Shown here: positions 1 to 8,165 of the stretch, piece after piece
Numbering within the stretch: the stretch's first letter is position 1
Layout of the letters: every line of letters begins with the position of its first letter
NCBI GenBank assembly: GCA_043718025.1
Contig: JAYSWN010000155.1
Coordinates: forward strand, 1-23,304
Origin: Pseudomonadota bacterium
GTDB taxonomy: Bacteria > Bdellovibrionota > FAC87 > UBA2466
Length of the DNA: 23,304 nt
Direction: 5' to 3'
The notes under the pieces: generated by a model
Database searches by the model: none
What the model saw: only the letters and a program-made list of their open reading frames with translations
Told to the model about the DNA's origin: nothing
Made by a program: the position numbers and the translations under genes

Positions 1-161
1 GCTTTCGTAAAGCCTTCGTAGATCAGCGTTTTGTAGGAGCTGATCATTTTTACTTGTTCCGGAGTGGGCTTACCAAAAATCCCAAACATCTTTTCTTGAA
101 ATGACGCTCTGTGATCAAAAGGAAGGACCAAAAGTTCTTGAGTGTAACCGTGCTTCGCCAT
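1..161 (-). CDS. DUF2090 family protein (IolC C-terminal-like, aldolase-type), N-terminal fragment running off the window
   Basis: Absent from the ORF track and translated by hand from the ATG at 161: MAKHGYTQELLVLPFDHRASFQEKMFGIFGKPTPEQVKMISSYKTLIYEGFTK. The LPFDHRxSF...KxxIYEG motifs are typical of DUF2090. A GAGG Shine-Dalgarno lies just upstream of the ATG. Confidence 0.8.
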   Translation of the reverse strand, partial: MAKHGYTQELLVLPFDHRASFQEKMFGIFGKPTPEQVKMISSYKTLIYEGFTK

Positions 162-190
162 GTTTTTCCTCGTTATATTAAAGGGTAGTC

Positions 191-218
191 TCGACTCCCT
201 AAAAATCTGTGCTAACTT
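191..218 (+). promoter_or_regulatory. Possible sigma70 promoter for the cysteine dioxygenase gene
   Basis: TCGACT (191-196), 16 nt spacer, TAACTT (213-218) preceded by TGn. Pattern match only. Confidence 0.3.
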
Positions 219-231
219 TATTACTAGCCCT

Positions 232-804
232 GTGAACCCTGTCAAACTTCAAGAATTTCTCCAGTTTTTGAACAGCCAGGACGCAACTGAATTTCAAGGT
301 GACGCAACGAGTCGCTTCCTTAAAAAGCGTACTTTTGCTCCCGACGCCTTTGCCCCTTTTACTTTCTTCAGAGAAGACACTTACGGCCGAAACTTGGTCA
401 GCAAAAACCAAAACTACGAACTGATCGTGCTGACTTGGCAGCCACGCCACTTTACGCCAATTCATGATCACGCCAGCTCTCGCTGTTGGATGTGGCTGAT
501 GAAGGGTACCCTCACTTTTCGCAACTACGACTTTCCGACCCCCCAATGCAAAGGCTTGAATTGCCAGGGCAGCACCGAAACTCGCACGGCGGGTGACCTA
601 GCCTACATCGACGACGAAATGGGAGTTCACTCGATCGCCAATGCCTCGAACGAAACTGCGGTAAGCGTTCACCTATACGCCGGCCCCATACCGCGCTGCC
701 AGATTTATAGCGAAGCGGAGAGAAAATTGAAGTGGGTAGATCTTTGCTACTTCACCGAGGAAGGGCGCACCCTTGCTCAGCCAGCTGCCGCGTTACGGGC
801 GTAG
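232..804 (+). CDS. Cysteine dioxygenase type I (cupin)
   Basis: Motifs YGRNLV, WQPRHFTPIHDHASSRCW, GVHSIAN and SVHLY give the 3-His iron site, substrate Arg and Ser-His-Tyr triad. The start was moved from 160 to the GTG at 232 because 160 overlaps the divergent DUF2090 start and its RBS. Confidence 0.9.
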   Translation: MNPVKLQEFLQFLNSQDATEFQGDATSRFLKKRTFAPDAFAPFTFFREDTYGRNLVSKNQNYELIVLTWQPRHFTPIHDHASSRCWMWLMKGTLTFRNYDFPTPQCKGLNCQGSTETRTAGDLAYIDDEMGVHSIANASNETAVSVHLYAGPIPRCQIYSEAERKLKWVDLCYFTEEGRTLAQPAAALRA

Positions 805-1720
805 CTAGATTCAAAGTCTCTCCCGCTAAAACCTGCTCGTATTTTTCTACATACCGTTTCGCCATTAACCGATAATCAAAATTGGTTAAGACCCATTCGC
901 GGCAGGCCTTCGGTGAAAAACGGCCAAGATTCGCCGCCGCCTCAACAAATTCGCTTTCGGAGCGGCAAATCTGCCCGACGTGCGGGGGGATAAGCTCCGG
1001 CAACGAACCAAACGGAGTGCCCAATACCGGGGTTCCCGATACCAATGCCTCAATGACGGCGATGCCAAATGGCTCGTGCCACACCACAGGAAAAAGCAAA
1101 CCGGCCGAAGCGGCAACCGTTTCGGATTTGGCCGCTCCGCCGACCATCCCCCGCCAATAAATTCTTTGCAGTCGATACCATGGAGCCATCAGGTGATTTC
1201 CACCTAAGATCTGTAGCGGTCGTTGGGCCTGCCGTGCAATGCGTATCGCCCCTTTTACGTTTTTCACCCGCCAGGATGCTTTGGCGAGAAACAGCAAATC
1301 GCGACATTTTTTTTCGGAGTAGATAGACTCACTGGGATCTAATCCATTGGGCACATAGGCCGTAGCGCCGTGCCGTTCGGCGTGATTGCGACAAAGAAAT
1401 ACGGTGTTATTCAAAAACACCTCGCCGCTTTTGCCATTCCCTTGAATGGTAACCAGGTGCGGCATTTCTATCGCCTCTTTGGGAGTCGCAAAAAAATGGT
1501 ACAAATCGGCGGGGGGAAGCTGAGGAACGAGCGGTTTTGAAAAATCAATTCCTAAAACGTTTAGCGGCGCCAAGTGCGAGCCTTTTCGGCACGCCAGAGT
1601 AACGCTGACACCCAGTTCGGTAAGCCCTTTGGCCAGCCAGCCCAATACGCGTTCAGTACCGCCGTACTTGAGCACCGGCAGCTGGGTGTCGTGCACAATA
1701 CAAACCTTGAGTTTTTTCAC
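752..1720 (-). CDS. Glycosyltransferase family 4 (GT-B)
   Basis: KYGGTERV N-terminal motif, KNVKGAI, and WHEPFGIAVIEALVSGTPV (E-x7-E). It overlaps the CDO 3' end convergently by 53 nt. Confidence 0.93.
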   Translation of the reverse strand: MKKLKVCIVHDTQLPVLKYGGTERVLGWLAKGLTELGVSVTLACRKGSHLAPLNVLGIDFSKPLVPQLPPADLYHFFATPKEAIEMPHLVTIQGNGKSGEVFLNNTVFLCRNHAERHGATAYVPNGLDPSESIYSEKKCRDLLFLAKASWRVKNVKGAIRIARQAQRPLQILGGNHLMAPWYRLQRIYWRGMVGGAAKSETVAASAGLLFPVVWHEPFGIAVIEALVSGTPVLGTPFGSLPELIPPHVGQICRSESEFVEAAANLGRFSPKACREWVLTNFDYRLMAKRYVEKYEQVLAGETLNLATPVTRQLAEQGCALPR

Positions 1721-1735
1721 TGGCCCAAGCTACCA

Positions 1736-2908
1736 CTACAACTTGAACTTGAGAACGACCCCCATTGTAACCAAGGCGGTCGTGATTGGGGTTTCGGTGG
1801 TGGTCCCCGAAAACTCATCGGGTTGAGAATTTCCCGAAAAGACTTGGGCTCGGACTTGAAGGCCGGGCGCGAAACTGGCGAGCCTGGTGTAAACCACGGA
1901 AAAGTCGCCGACCGCCGAAATCATTTTGCCCGCGAATACGGAATAGCCCAACTCACCCGAAATGTAGAAGCGCAGCGGATCGATGTTGTAATCTGCCCAA
2001 AATACGGCCGCCGCGCCTTCGATATAACGGGGCACTTCTGAGTCTAACGGCGCATTGCCGGCCCCGCGCAGAGTGGTAGAAAAAAGACGGAACCCCACTT
2101 CGGTATTTAGGCCATCGCCGTAGAGTCGCGGGGCGTTTTCAAAGTTAAATTTCTTTCCACGGCCAGTGGGATCTTCAGGGGGAAAGCTGGGCGTGCGCAC
2201 CGGACTGCCCAGCAGTCGGTATTTGTAAAAGAACGAGATGTCAGAGTAAAAATAGCCGTCGGCAGTAGGCTTGATACCGAACAACAAGTTCGAAGACGCC
2301 TCTATTTTCAACATCAGCGTGTGTGTATTTTCGTAAATTAGCTGAACATCGCCGTATACATTAGGAAAATTGAAGGCCTTCTGAGATTTGGTTAGCAGCA
2401 GCATCGAATGCACGGCGCCATTGGGCAAAACGTATAGCGAAAGAGTCGTCTGCCTCACCCTTTTAGCTTCGTCATAGACGCTTCTCTTTTTAACGTTAAA
2501 AGGGCTCCAAGCCGAAGAAAGTGACTTCCCGTTTTTTAAGTACAGTATGCCGCGCACTAAATAGTGAGTGCCCGGTTCAATCTCTTTTCGCCCCGAGAAC
2601 TCACCGTTCCAAGTGATGACCGACCTAGGCGTCGAACCGACGTCAATCGTTACGCCAATCGATTTTTCTTTGTCGGCAATTTCGATAACCGCACGTTTGT
2701 AACCCGCGTAGCGTGGGTCAATGCTGAAACGAAAGAACAAATTACGGTCACTCGGATTTGAAGGCATGGCAAACGTCTTGATGGCCCGGCCATCGTCATT
2801 GACCAGAGCCACTTTGATATCGCTAACATCAAGTTCGGCGGCCGCGGCCGCGTAGCCTAACCATGAACTAATAAGAAATACGGCGGTGATGGGATGTAAA
2901 AGGCGCAT
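1736..2908 (-). CDS. Secreted hypothetical protein, probably an N-terminal Ig-like domain plus a C-terminal outer-membrane beta-barrel
   Basis: Signal peptide (MRLLHPITAVFLISSWLGYAAAAA), an ITWNG motif reminiscent of FlgD-type Ig domains, and amphipathic beta-strands ending MGVVLKFKL. Confidence 0.6.
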   Translation of the reverse strand: MRLLHPITAVFLISSWLGYAAAAAELDVSDIKVALVNDDGRAIKTFAMPSNPSDRNLFFRFSIDPRYAGYKRAVIEIADKEKSIGVTIDVGSTPRSVITWNGEFSGRKEIEPGTHYLVRGILYLKNGKSLSSAWSPFNVKKRSVYDEAKRVRQTTLSLYVLPNGAVHSMLLLTKSQKAFNFPNVYGDVQLIYENTHTLMLKIEASSNLLFGIKPTADGYFYSDISFFYKYRLLGSPVRTPSFPPEDPTGRGKKFNFENAPRLYGDGLNTEVGFRLFSTTLRGAGNAPLDSEVPRYIEGAAAVFWADYNIDPLRFYISGELGYSVFAGKMISAVGDFSVVYTRLASFAPGLQVRAQVFSGNSQPDEFSGTTTETPITTALVTMGVVLKFKL

Positions 2909-2922
2909 GGGGGAGTTTTATT

Positions 2923-2931
2923 ATTGTAACA
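2923..2931 (-). promoter_or_regulatory. Extended -10 promoter element (TGnTACAAT) for the 2908-752 operon
   Basis: The minus strand reads TGTTACAAT 14 nt upstream of the ATG at 2908. No -35 or Shine-Dalgarno is evident. Confidence 0.45.
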
Positions 2932-3027
2932 TCTTCCGCACGCCGAGCCCCGCTTTTGAGGGTTAGACTCGCATCGCCAAAGAGCCTCCCCTGTGAAAAG
3001 CGCGCCGTTCTGTGTTAGACCGGCGTC

Positions 3028-3492
3028 ATGATTCGTATCGCGCCCGCATCCTTAGCCCTGCTTCCAAAAATGATGCCCCTCATCGCCAACTACCAGCGTT
3101 TTTATGGCATGGAGCCCAATCCAGACCGCAATCTCAACTTCTTTTCGGATTTGCTCGAACAGCCAGAACTGGCGGTGCAATTTGTGGCGCTAACCCCTGA
3201 AGATCGGGTGATTGGCTTTGCCACCCTCTATTTTCTTCCCTCATCTTTAAGCGCCCGAACTTACTGCATGCTCAATGACCTTTATACTTTGCCTGAATTC
3301 CGCGGCCAGGGAATCGGCCGGCAACTGATAAAGCGCTGCCAAGAGCTTGCGAAAGAGCGCGGATTATCAACGCTAGAGTGGTTAACGCAAAAGGAGAATC
3401 AGGCCGCTCAGCGACTTTACGATTCTCTTCCCGCCGAAAAGAGCGAATGGCTTACGTACACTCTCAAGTCTGCTCCGGAGGCTACCGCGTGA
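3028..3492 (+). CDS. GNAT family N-acetyltransferase (SSAT/YhbS-like)
   Basis: LNDLYTLPEFRGQGIGRQL acetyl-CoA motif A, and NQAAQRLYD. Confidence 0.92.
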   Translation: MIRIAPASLALLPKMMPLIANYQRFYGMEPNPDRNLNFFSDLLEQPELAVQFVALTPEDRVIGFATLYFLPSSLSARTYCMLNDLYTLPEFRGQGIGRQLIKRCQELAKERGLSTLEWLTQKENQAAQRLYDSLPAEKSEWLTYTLKSAPEATA

Positions 3493-4610
3493 AACAATAC
3501 GATGTGATTGTTGCGGGATTAGGGGCCATGGGTTCGGCTTCGGTTTACTCGTTAGCCAAGCGAGGCCTTTCGGTTCTGGGGTTAGAACAGTTTTCGTTGG
3601 GTCATGATCGGGGAAGTAGCAACGGCCAACGTCGTATCGTTCGCCGCGCGTACTTTGAAAAAAACGATTATATTCCGCTGCTAAATGCCGCCTACCCCTT
3701 GTGGGATGCGTTGGGAGAGCGATCCGGACGCGAGCTGTTTCACCGCGTCGGATTGGTGGTCTTTGGCGAAAAAGGGAGTAGTCGACTTGCCGATCGCATT
3801 CGCACGGCCGGTCAGGCCTTTAAAATTCCACTCGAGTTTTTAACCGCCGATCAGGCTGGAAAACGCTACCCGTTTTCCATCCCCAGTACGTTTGAAGGAA
3901 CTCTAGAACCCGAAGCGGGCTACGCTGACGTTGAGCTTTCACTCGAGGCTTTGCGCCTTTTCGCCGTTGAAGATGGCGCTGAACTACATGGCGAAGAGGG
4001 GTTGCAAGGATGGAGGGCCACCAACGGTGGAGTTGAAGTCACCACAGAAAAAGAGACTTACGAAGCCAAAAGCTTGGTACTTACCACCGGCGGATGGAGC
4101 GCCCAATGGCTAAAGACAGACCGGGTTAGGTTACGCCCGCGGCGGGCTCCTCAAATGTGGTTTGCCGCGTCAAACCGCTACGAAAAAATTCCGTGCTACG
4201 CTTTCGATCTGCCGCAAGACTTTTATTACGGCTTTCCGAGCCAGTCTGAATGGGGCATTAAACTCGCGGCCTATAAACCGGTCGATGACGTTGAAAATCC
4301 AAGCGCGGTCAGTCCGCTTATTCCCGAGTCTTCTAAAAAAGAGATGGCCGCCATTATCGAGCGCTTTCTTCCGGGAGTGTCGCCAATCCACAGTAAAGAG
4401 AAAATGTGCTTTTATACCCTTACGCCGGATGAAGATTTTATTCTGGATCGTCACCCCCAGCACGCCAATGTGGTGGTGGCCACCGGGGGATCGGGGCATG
4501 CCTTCAAATTCACGCCGGTCATCGGCGAGGTGGTAGCCGATCTGATTAAGGCGGGTTCAACCCGCCATTCGATAGAGTTCTTAAGCTTTCGCCGCTTTCG
4601 CGCGGGCTAA
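3489..4610 (+). CDS. solA: N-methyl-L-tryptophan oxidase / monomeric sarcosine oxidase family flavoprotein
   Basis: YDVIVAGLGAMGSA, GHDRGSSNGQRRIVRRAY, CFYTLTPDEDFILDRHP (covalent-FAD Cys) and GHAFKF. The GTG at 3489 overlaps the GNAT stop (GTGA), so the start was moved from 3378. Confidence 0.88.
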   Translation: MKQYDVIVAGLGAMGSASVYSLAKRGLSVLGLEQFSLGHDRGSSNGQRRIVRRAYFEKNDYIPLLNAAYPLWDALGERSGRELFHRVGLVVFGEKGSSRLADRIRTAGQAFKIPLEFLTADQAGKRYPFSIPSTFEGTLEPEAGYADVELSLEALRLFAVEDGAELHGEEGLQGWRATNGGVEVTTEKETYEAKSLVLTTGGWSAQWLKTDRVRLRPRRAPQMWFAASNRYEKIPCYAFDLPQDFYYGFPSQSEWGIKLAAYKPVDDVENPSAVSPLIPESSKKEMAAIIERFLPGVSPIHSKEKMCFYTLTPDEDFILDRHPQHANVVVATGGSGHAFKFTPVIGEVVADLIKAGSTRHSIEFLSFRRFRAG

Positions 4611-6017
4611 CTCAAGCTGCTCAATCAACATGGTTAAGTGCTCTAAACCAGTAAGCCCGTTCGAAATGCCGGCGCGTAAAACTGTTTTTCCGTGGTGAGT
4701 GAGTTGGGTGGTCGTCACCCACGCTTTTCCTGCCGCCGCTACCGCTTTCGCCACTTCACCGGCGCTCGCCCTTTCATCCGAAAAGCAGACTACCGGCAGG
4801 GGGGTTTCGTTTTCTAAATGCCATCCGGCGGCGCTCAGTTTTTTTCGCAGCTCTCGCCCCATTTCAATTTGCTGGCGCAACACTCTCTGGTATCCGGGCA
4901 CACCGGCCGAAGCTAACGACAGAAATAATTTCAAGCCGATGAACCGCCGAGACCACCCCATTGATCGGTGATAAGGCGGGGCCACGTCCTCAGAATCCGT
5001 TGGCATGTAGGGACTAGCGGTAACTCGAAATGCTTTTTCTAAGACCCTATTTCGTCGACAAAAAAACATTCCCGCCGTCATCGGCACGTTAAGCCACTTG
5101 TGGGCGTCCAGGGTAAGTGAATCAGCGGTTTGGCACCCGTCGAAAAGGGCGGCAAATTCCGGTAACAAGCAAGCCGCTCCCCCCCATGCCGCGTCGACGT
5201 GAAACCAGCATTTTTCTTGGGTCGCCAACGAGGCCAGCCCCGACAAGTCATCGATGACCCCCGCGCTGGTGGAGCCCAAGGTTCCAACAATCAAAAGGGG
5301 AATATTACCCTGCAACCGATCTTGAGAAATCTGAACGCGAAGGGCCGCAATGTCGAATTTCAAATCCGGAGTAACCGGCAGCTCTACGATCGCCGCTAAC
5401 CCGAGGCCCACCATTTTGGCGGCTTTCAAAAACGAGTGGTGGGTTTCGCTAGACACATAGATTCGCGGCAGCCCAGAAATCGCCCGTAAGCCGCCCTCTT
5501 CAAATTCAGGGAAACGCTCGGCCAAGGCACAGAGCACGGCGGAGTAATTGGCTTCGGTGCCACCGCTTGTGAAAATGCCTCCCGATTCGGGACCATCGAG
5601 GCGCAAGTGTTTGGCAAAAAACTTAATTAAATGATCTTCAACTACCACTCCGAAAGGGCTGCTTACCGCAGAGGCCAACTGAGAGTTGCGGGCGCTAGCA
5701 AAAAAGTCACCCACCACGCCCATGGCTGAGGGGTTGGGATTAAACACACCAAAATAATTGGGGTCGCTCAAATTGAAATCGAAACCGCAAAGCTGCTCGG
5801 CGGTCCAGCGCAGAAGTGCTTTATCATCGCACTCGGCCGCAAAGGTGAAAGCCGCCAGCCGCCCTTTTACTTCTGTTAACGAAGGAAGGGGTGCGAGCGC
5901 GTCGTTTTGATGCGATTGCGCTACGGTTGAAAAAGTGTCGGCGGCTAAGGCAATTAGCGAAGCCAACTCAGATTGGTTTAGAAACATTGGTTTTGGTGAC
6001 TCGCTCACAATTTGCAC
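4581..6017 (-). CDS. Group II PLP-dependent amino-acid decarboxylase (DDC/GAD/CSAD family)
   Basis: GIFTSGGTEAN, SSETHHS, WFHVDAAWGG and DSLTLDAHKW (PLP lysine). An alternative ATG start lies at 5987. Confidence 0.93.
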   Translation of the reverse strand: MQIVSESPKPMFLNQSELASLIALAADTFSTVAQSHQNDALAPLPSLTEVKGRLAAFTFAAECDDKALLRWTAEQLCGFDFNLSDPNYFGVFNPNPSAMGVVGDFFASARNSQLASAVSSPFGVVVEDHLIKFFAKHLRLDGPESGGIFTSGGTEANYSAVLCALAERFPEFEEGGLRAISGLPRIYVSSETHHSFLKAAKMVGLGLAAIVELPVTPDLKFDIAALRVQISQDRLQGNIPLLIVGTLGSTSAGVIDDLSGLASLATQEKCWFHVDAAWGGAACLLPEFAALFDGCQTADSLTLDAHKWLNVPMTAGMFFCRRNRVLEKAFRVTASPYMPTDSEDVAPPYHRSMGWSRRFIGLKLFLSLASAGVPGYQRVLRQQIEMGRELRKKLSAAGWHLENETPLPVVCFSDERASAGEVAKAVAAAGKAWVTTTQLTHHGKTVLRAGISNGLTGLEHLTMLIEQLELARAKAAKA

Positions 6018-6043
6018 ACTGACACAGTGAGAAGGGACTCGCG

Positions 6044-6886
6044 ATGAAATTTTTTATTCTTTCGATCTTGGTTGTGGCCCAGTCTGCTTGGGGTTTAGAC
6101 CAAAAAGAGATTCAACAACGGTACGACGACATCGAACTGCGGAGTCCAGAAACTAAAATTGGAATGAGCCGTGACGAGAGGATTGCCCTTCTGAAAGAGG
6201 TAACCGACCATCCGGTGGCCTCGCTTGAAAAGCTAAGCAAATACGACCCACCCCCCGGTGAGATCGGTTTTTGTTACGGAAGGGCCATGACCGCCCACTT
6301 ATTAGCCCGCAAACATGGGGTGGCCCGAAACGGAATTTTAAAACTCTTCGTGGCCGGCGACATGACCCCCGGTCCGAATCGCCGTTGGAGATTTCATGTC
6401 ACCACGCTGGTGCGCGATGAAACCGGTCAAAAATGGTATTCGATTGACCCCGTGGTCGCCAGCCTCGGAAACCCTGATCCGCTTTTGCCCAATCAGTGGT
6501 TGGCTGCCGCCAAGGCGGAGTTTGATCCGACCGCCACGACCAAAAACTATGTGACGAGTACCGAATCAATCATGGTGGACATGCGTGAGATTCCATCCAC
6601 GCTCGCGATGGAAAACAACGAACGGATCATTGAGGTTAAATTCAACCCTGACCGCCCGGGTTTTACGCCTGAGACTGAGGTTGGGGAACTTGGTTCGTAT
6701 CCCGTTTATCGCTTGGATGCCGACGCCCAAGCCAAATATTTTATTAAACGCCATGAGCTCACCGAGGCCGATGATTTTAATTTTTTGGGCATCTCGGTGA
6801 AAATTTTGACGCCTACCCAGGTGATTTCGCGCGTATATGATTACCGCGCCTATTTCAGCGATCTAATGGAATCTATGGGCCAATAA
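6044..6886 (+). CDS. Secreted protein-glutamine glutaminase-like (Cys-His-Asp) enzyme
   Basis: Signal peptide, then GFCYGRA (C77), WRFHVTTLV (H118) and SIDPV (D135), paralleling the GCYARA/WxxHVA/DP motifs of protein glutaminases. Confidence 0.7.
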   Translation: MKFFILSILVVAQSAWGLDQKEIQQRYDDIELRSPETKIGMSRDERIALLKEVTDHPVASLEKLSKYDPPPGEIGFCYGRAMTAHLLARKHGVARNGILKLFVAGDMTPGPNRRWRFHVTTLVRDETGQKWYSIDPVVASLGNPDPLLPNQWLAAAKAEFDPTATTKNYVTSTESIMVDMREIPSTLAMENNERIIEVKFNPDRPGFTPETEVGELGSYPVYRLDADAQAKYFIKRHELTEADDFNFLGISVKILTPTQVISRVYDYRAYFSDLMESMGQ

Positions 6887-6911
6887 ATTTGCCACTCCGT
6901 TGTGGACCGTT

Positions 6912-8165
6912 TTATTCTTTGACCACAAACAATTCCCCGCGATCTTCCATCGCGCGGATGGTTTGGTAATCTTCTTCGATTGCTATTTTACTTTCGTGCA
7001 CCAGAGTGAGAAATCCGGGCGCCGTAAAATAATCGATCGTCTTTTTCAACTGAGATCCGGGCTTCACCCGCAGTCGCATCTGAAAGAAAGACTTCAAATT
7101 TCTAATGTTCTCTTCGCCGGGAATAGCCGTTACCTCTCCCGCCTGATACGAAGTCAAATATACGGTATACGCCTGTTTCTTTAATCGGTAAGGCCGCAGG
7201 GTCTTGCGCGCGAAGGCTGGTTCGTTGGCGTAAATGTCGGCGGTTAGATCGAGCGGACCAAAACCAACGCACGCCTGATTCACCGCGGGAACCGAAAGGC
7301 CATCCAGTCTCGTTCCCACTTCGACCAAAGCCGGGCCATCGGGGCCCATCATCACTTCGGTATGAGCGGGTCCATACTTAACCTCCAGGGCCGTCAGAAC
7401 CGCGCTTACGTAATCGCGCATCTGCCCCTCTTCATCGCCGTCAAAGGCAAGCAGTTCGTTGCGGTCGTATACGCAGTCATGACCATTGATAGAACGCTTT
7501 TTGTACTTCCAGATCTCGGTAAAATGATGGGCGCCATCAAAACTCACGGTATTTAAAAAGTGTTCGGTCCCCTCTAAAAACTCTTGAATAAGGGCTTCAT
7601 TGTTAGTGAGCCCCAGCATGTTGGTTTTCCCCACAATCGCATTCACGGCGCGCTCAACCTGCTCGGGGTTGGTGCAAACGGCCACGTTGTCGGTACCGGC
7701 GCTGTGGAGTGGCTTCACCACCACCTTTCTAAGATTCTCCTTTTTAAACCACGCCACCACTTCAGCGGGGGTTACCCCTTTAAACTGCTTGGCGGCGCGC
7801 AATCTGGCGTTTCGAACGGTCTCCACCATTTCAAATTTGTTTCGGCGGGCCGAACTCTTTCGCAAACCGTTGGGTTTAATATTTAACCCGGCGCTAAGGC
7901 TATCGGCCAACTCCACTCCAGTTTCCGTTCCCGGCACCACTCCCAAGGGATTGAACTTACGAAGTTGGGCGATTAAACCTTCTATATTTCCATCGAACGC
8001 AAAATTCTGGTCGTAGTCCTCGGGACGAAAGGTGGGGGCCAACACTTTCCAAATTTCTTTGGTGCTTTGCACGTGGGCGACGAGAAAACCCCGGCCGCGA
8101 AATTCGGGCGCCAGCAAATTGCCTGCTGAGTAACCATCTACAATCACTATCCAACGATCGCTCAT
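6912..8165 (-). CDS. ATP-grasp amino-acid ligase, DdaF/NikS-like
   Basis: IVIVDGYSAG...HVQST, ARRNKFEM, VVVKPLHSAGTDNV, QEFLEGTE, GPAHTEV and LVEVGTRL match the ATP-grasp fold and, from memory, the DdaF/NikS subgroup. ATGA overlap with the MATE gene and a GGGGAG RBS. Confidence 0.88.
   Translation of the reverse strand: MSDRWIVIVDGYSAGNLLAPEFRGRGFLVAHVQSTKEIWKVLAPTFRPEDYDQNFAFDGNIEGLIAQLRKFNPLGVVPGTETGVELADSLSAGLNIKPNGLRKSSARRNKFEMVETVRNARLRAAKQFKGVTPAEVVAWFKKENLRKVVVKPLHSAGTDNVAVCTNPEQVERAVNAIVGKTNMLGLTNNEALIQEFLEGTEHFLNTVSFDGAHHFTEIWKYKKRSINGHDCVYDRNELLAFDGDEEGQMRDYVSAVLTALEVKYGPAHTEVMMGPDGPALVEVGTRLDGLSVPAVNQACVGFGPLDLTADIYANEPAFARKTLRPYRLKKQAYTVYLTSYQAGEVTAIPGEENIRNLKSFFQMRLRVKPGSQLKKTIDYFTAPGFLTLVHESKIAIEEDYQTIRAMEDRGELFVVKE

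Noticed and set aside
3378..3488. ORF-track N-terminal extensions (SolA 3378; also 160, 12135, 16414, 18068, 22429)
   Set aside because: They overlap or crowd neighbouring genes or RBSs and precede the family N-terminus. Downstream starts have an RBS, translational coupling or a better promoter fit.
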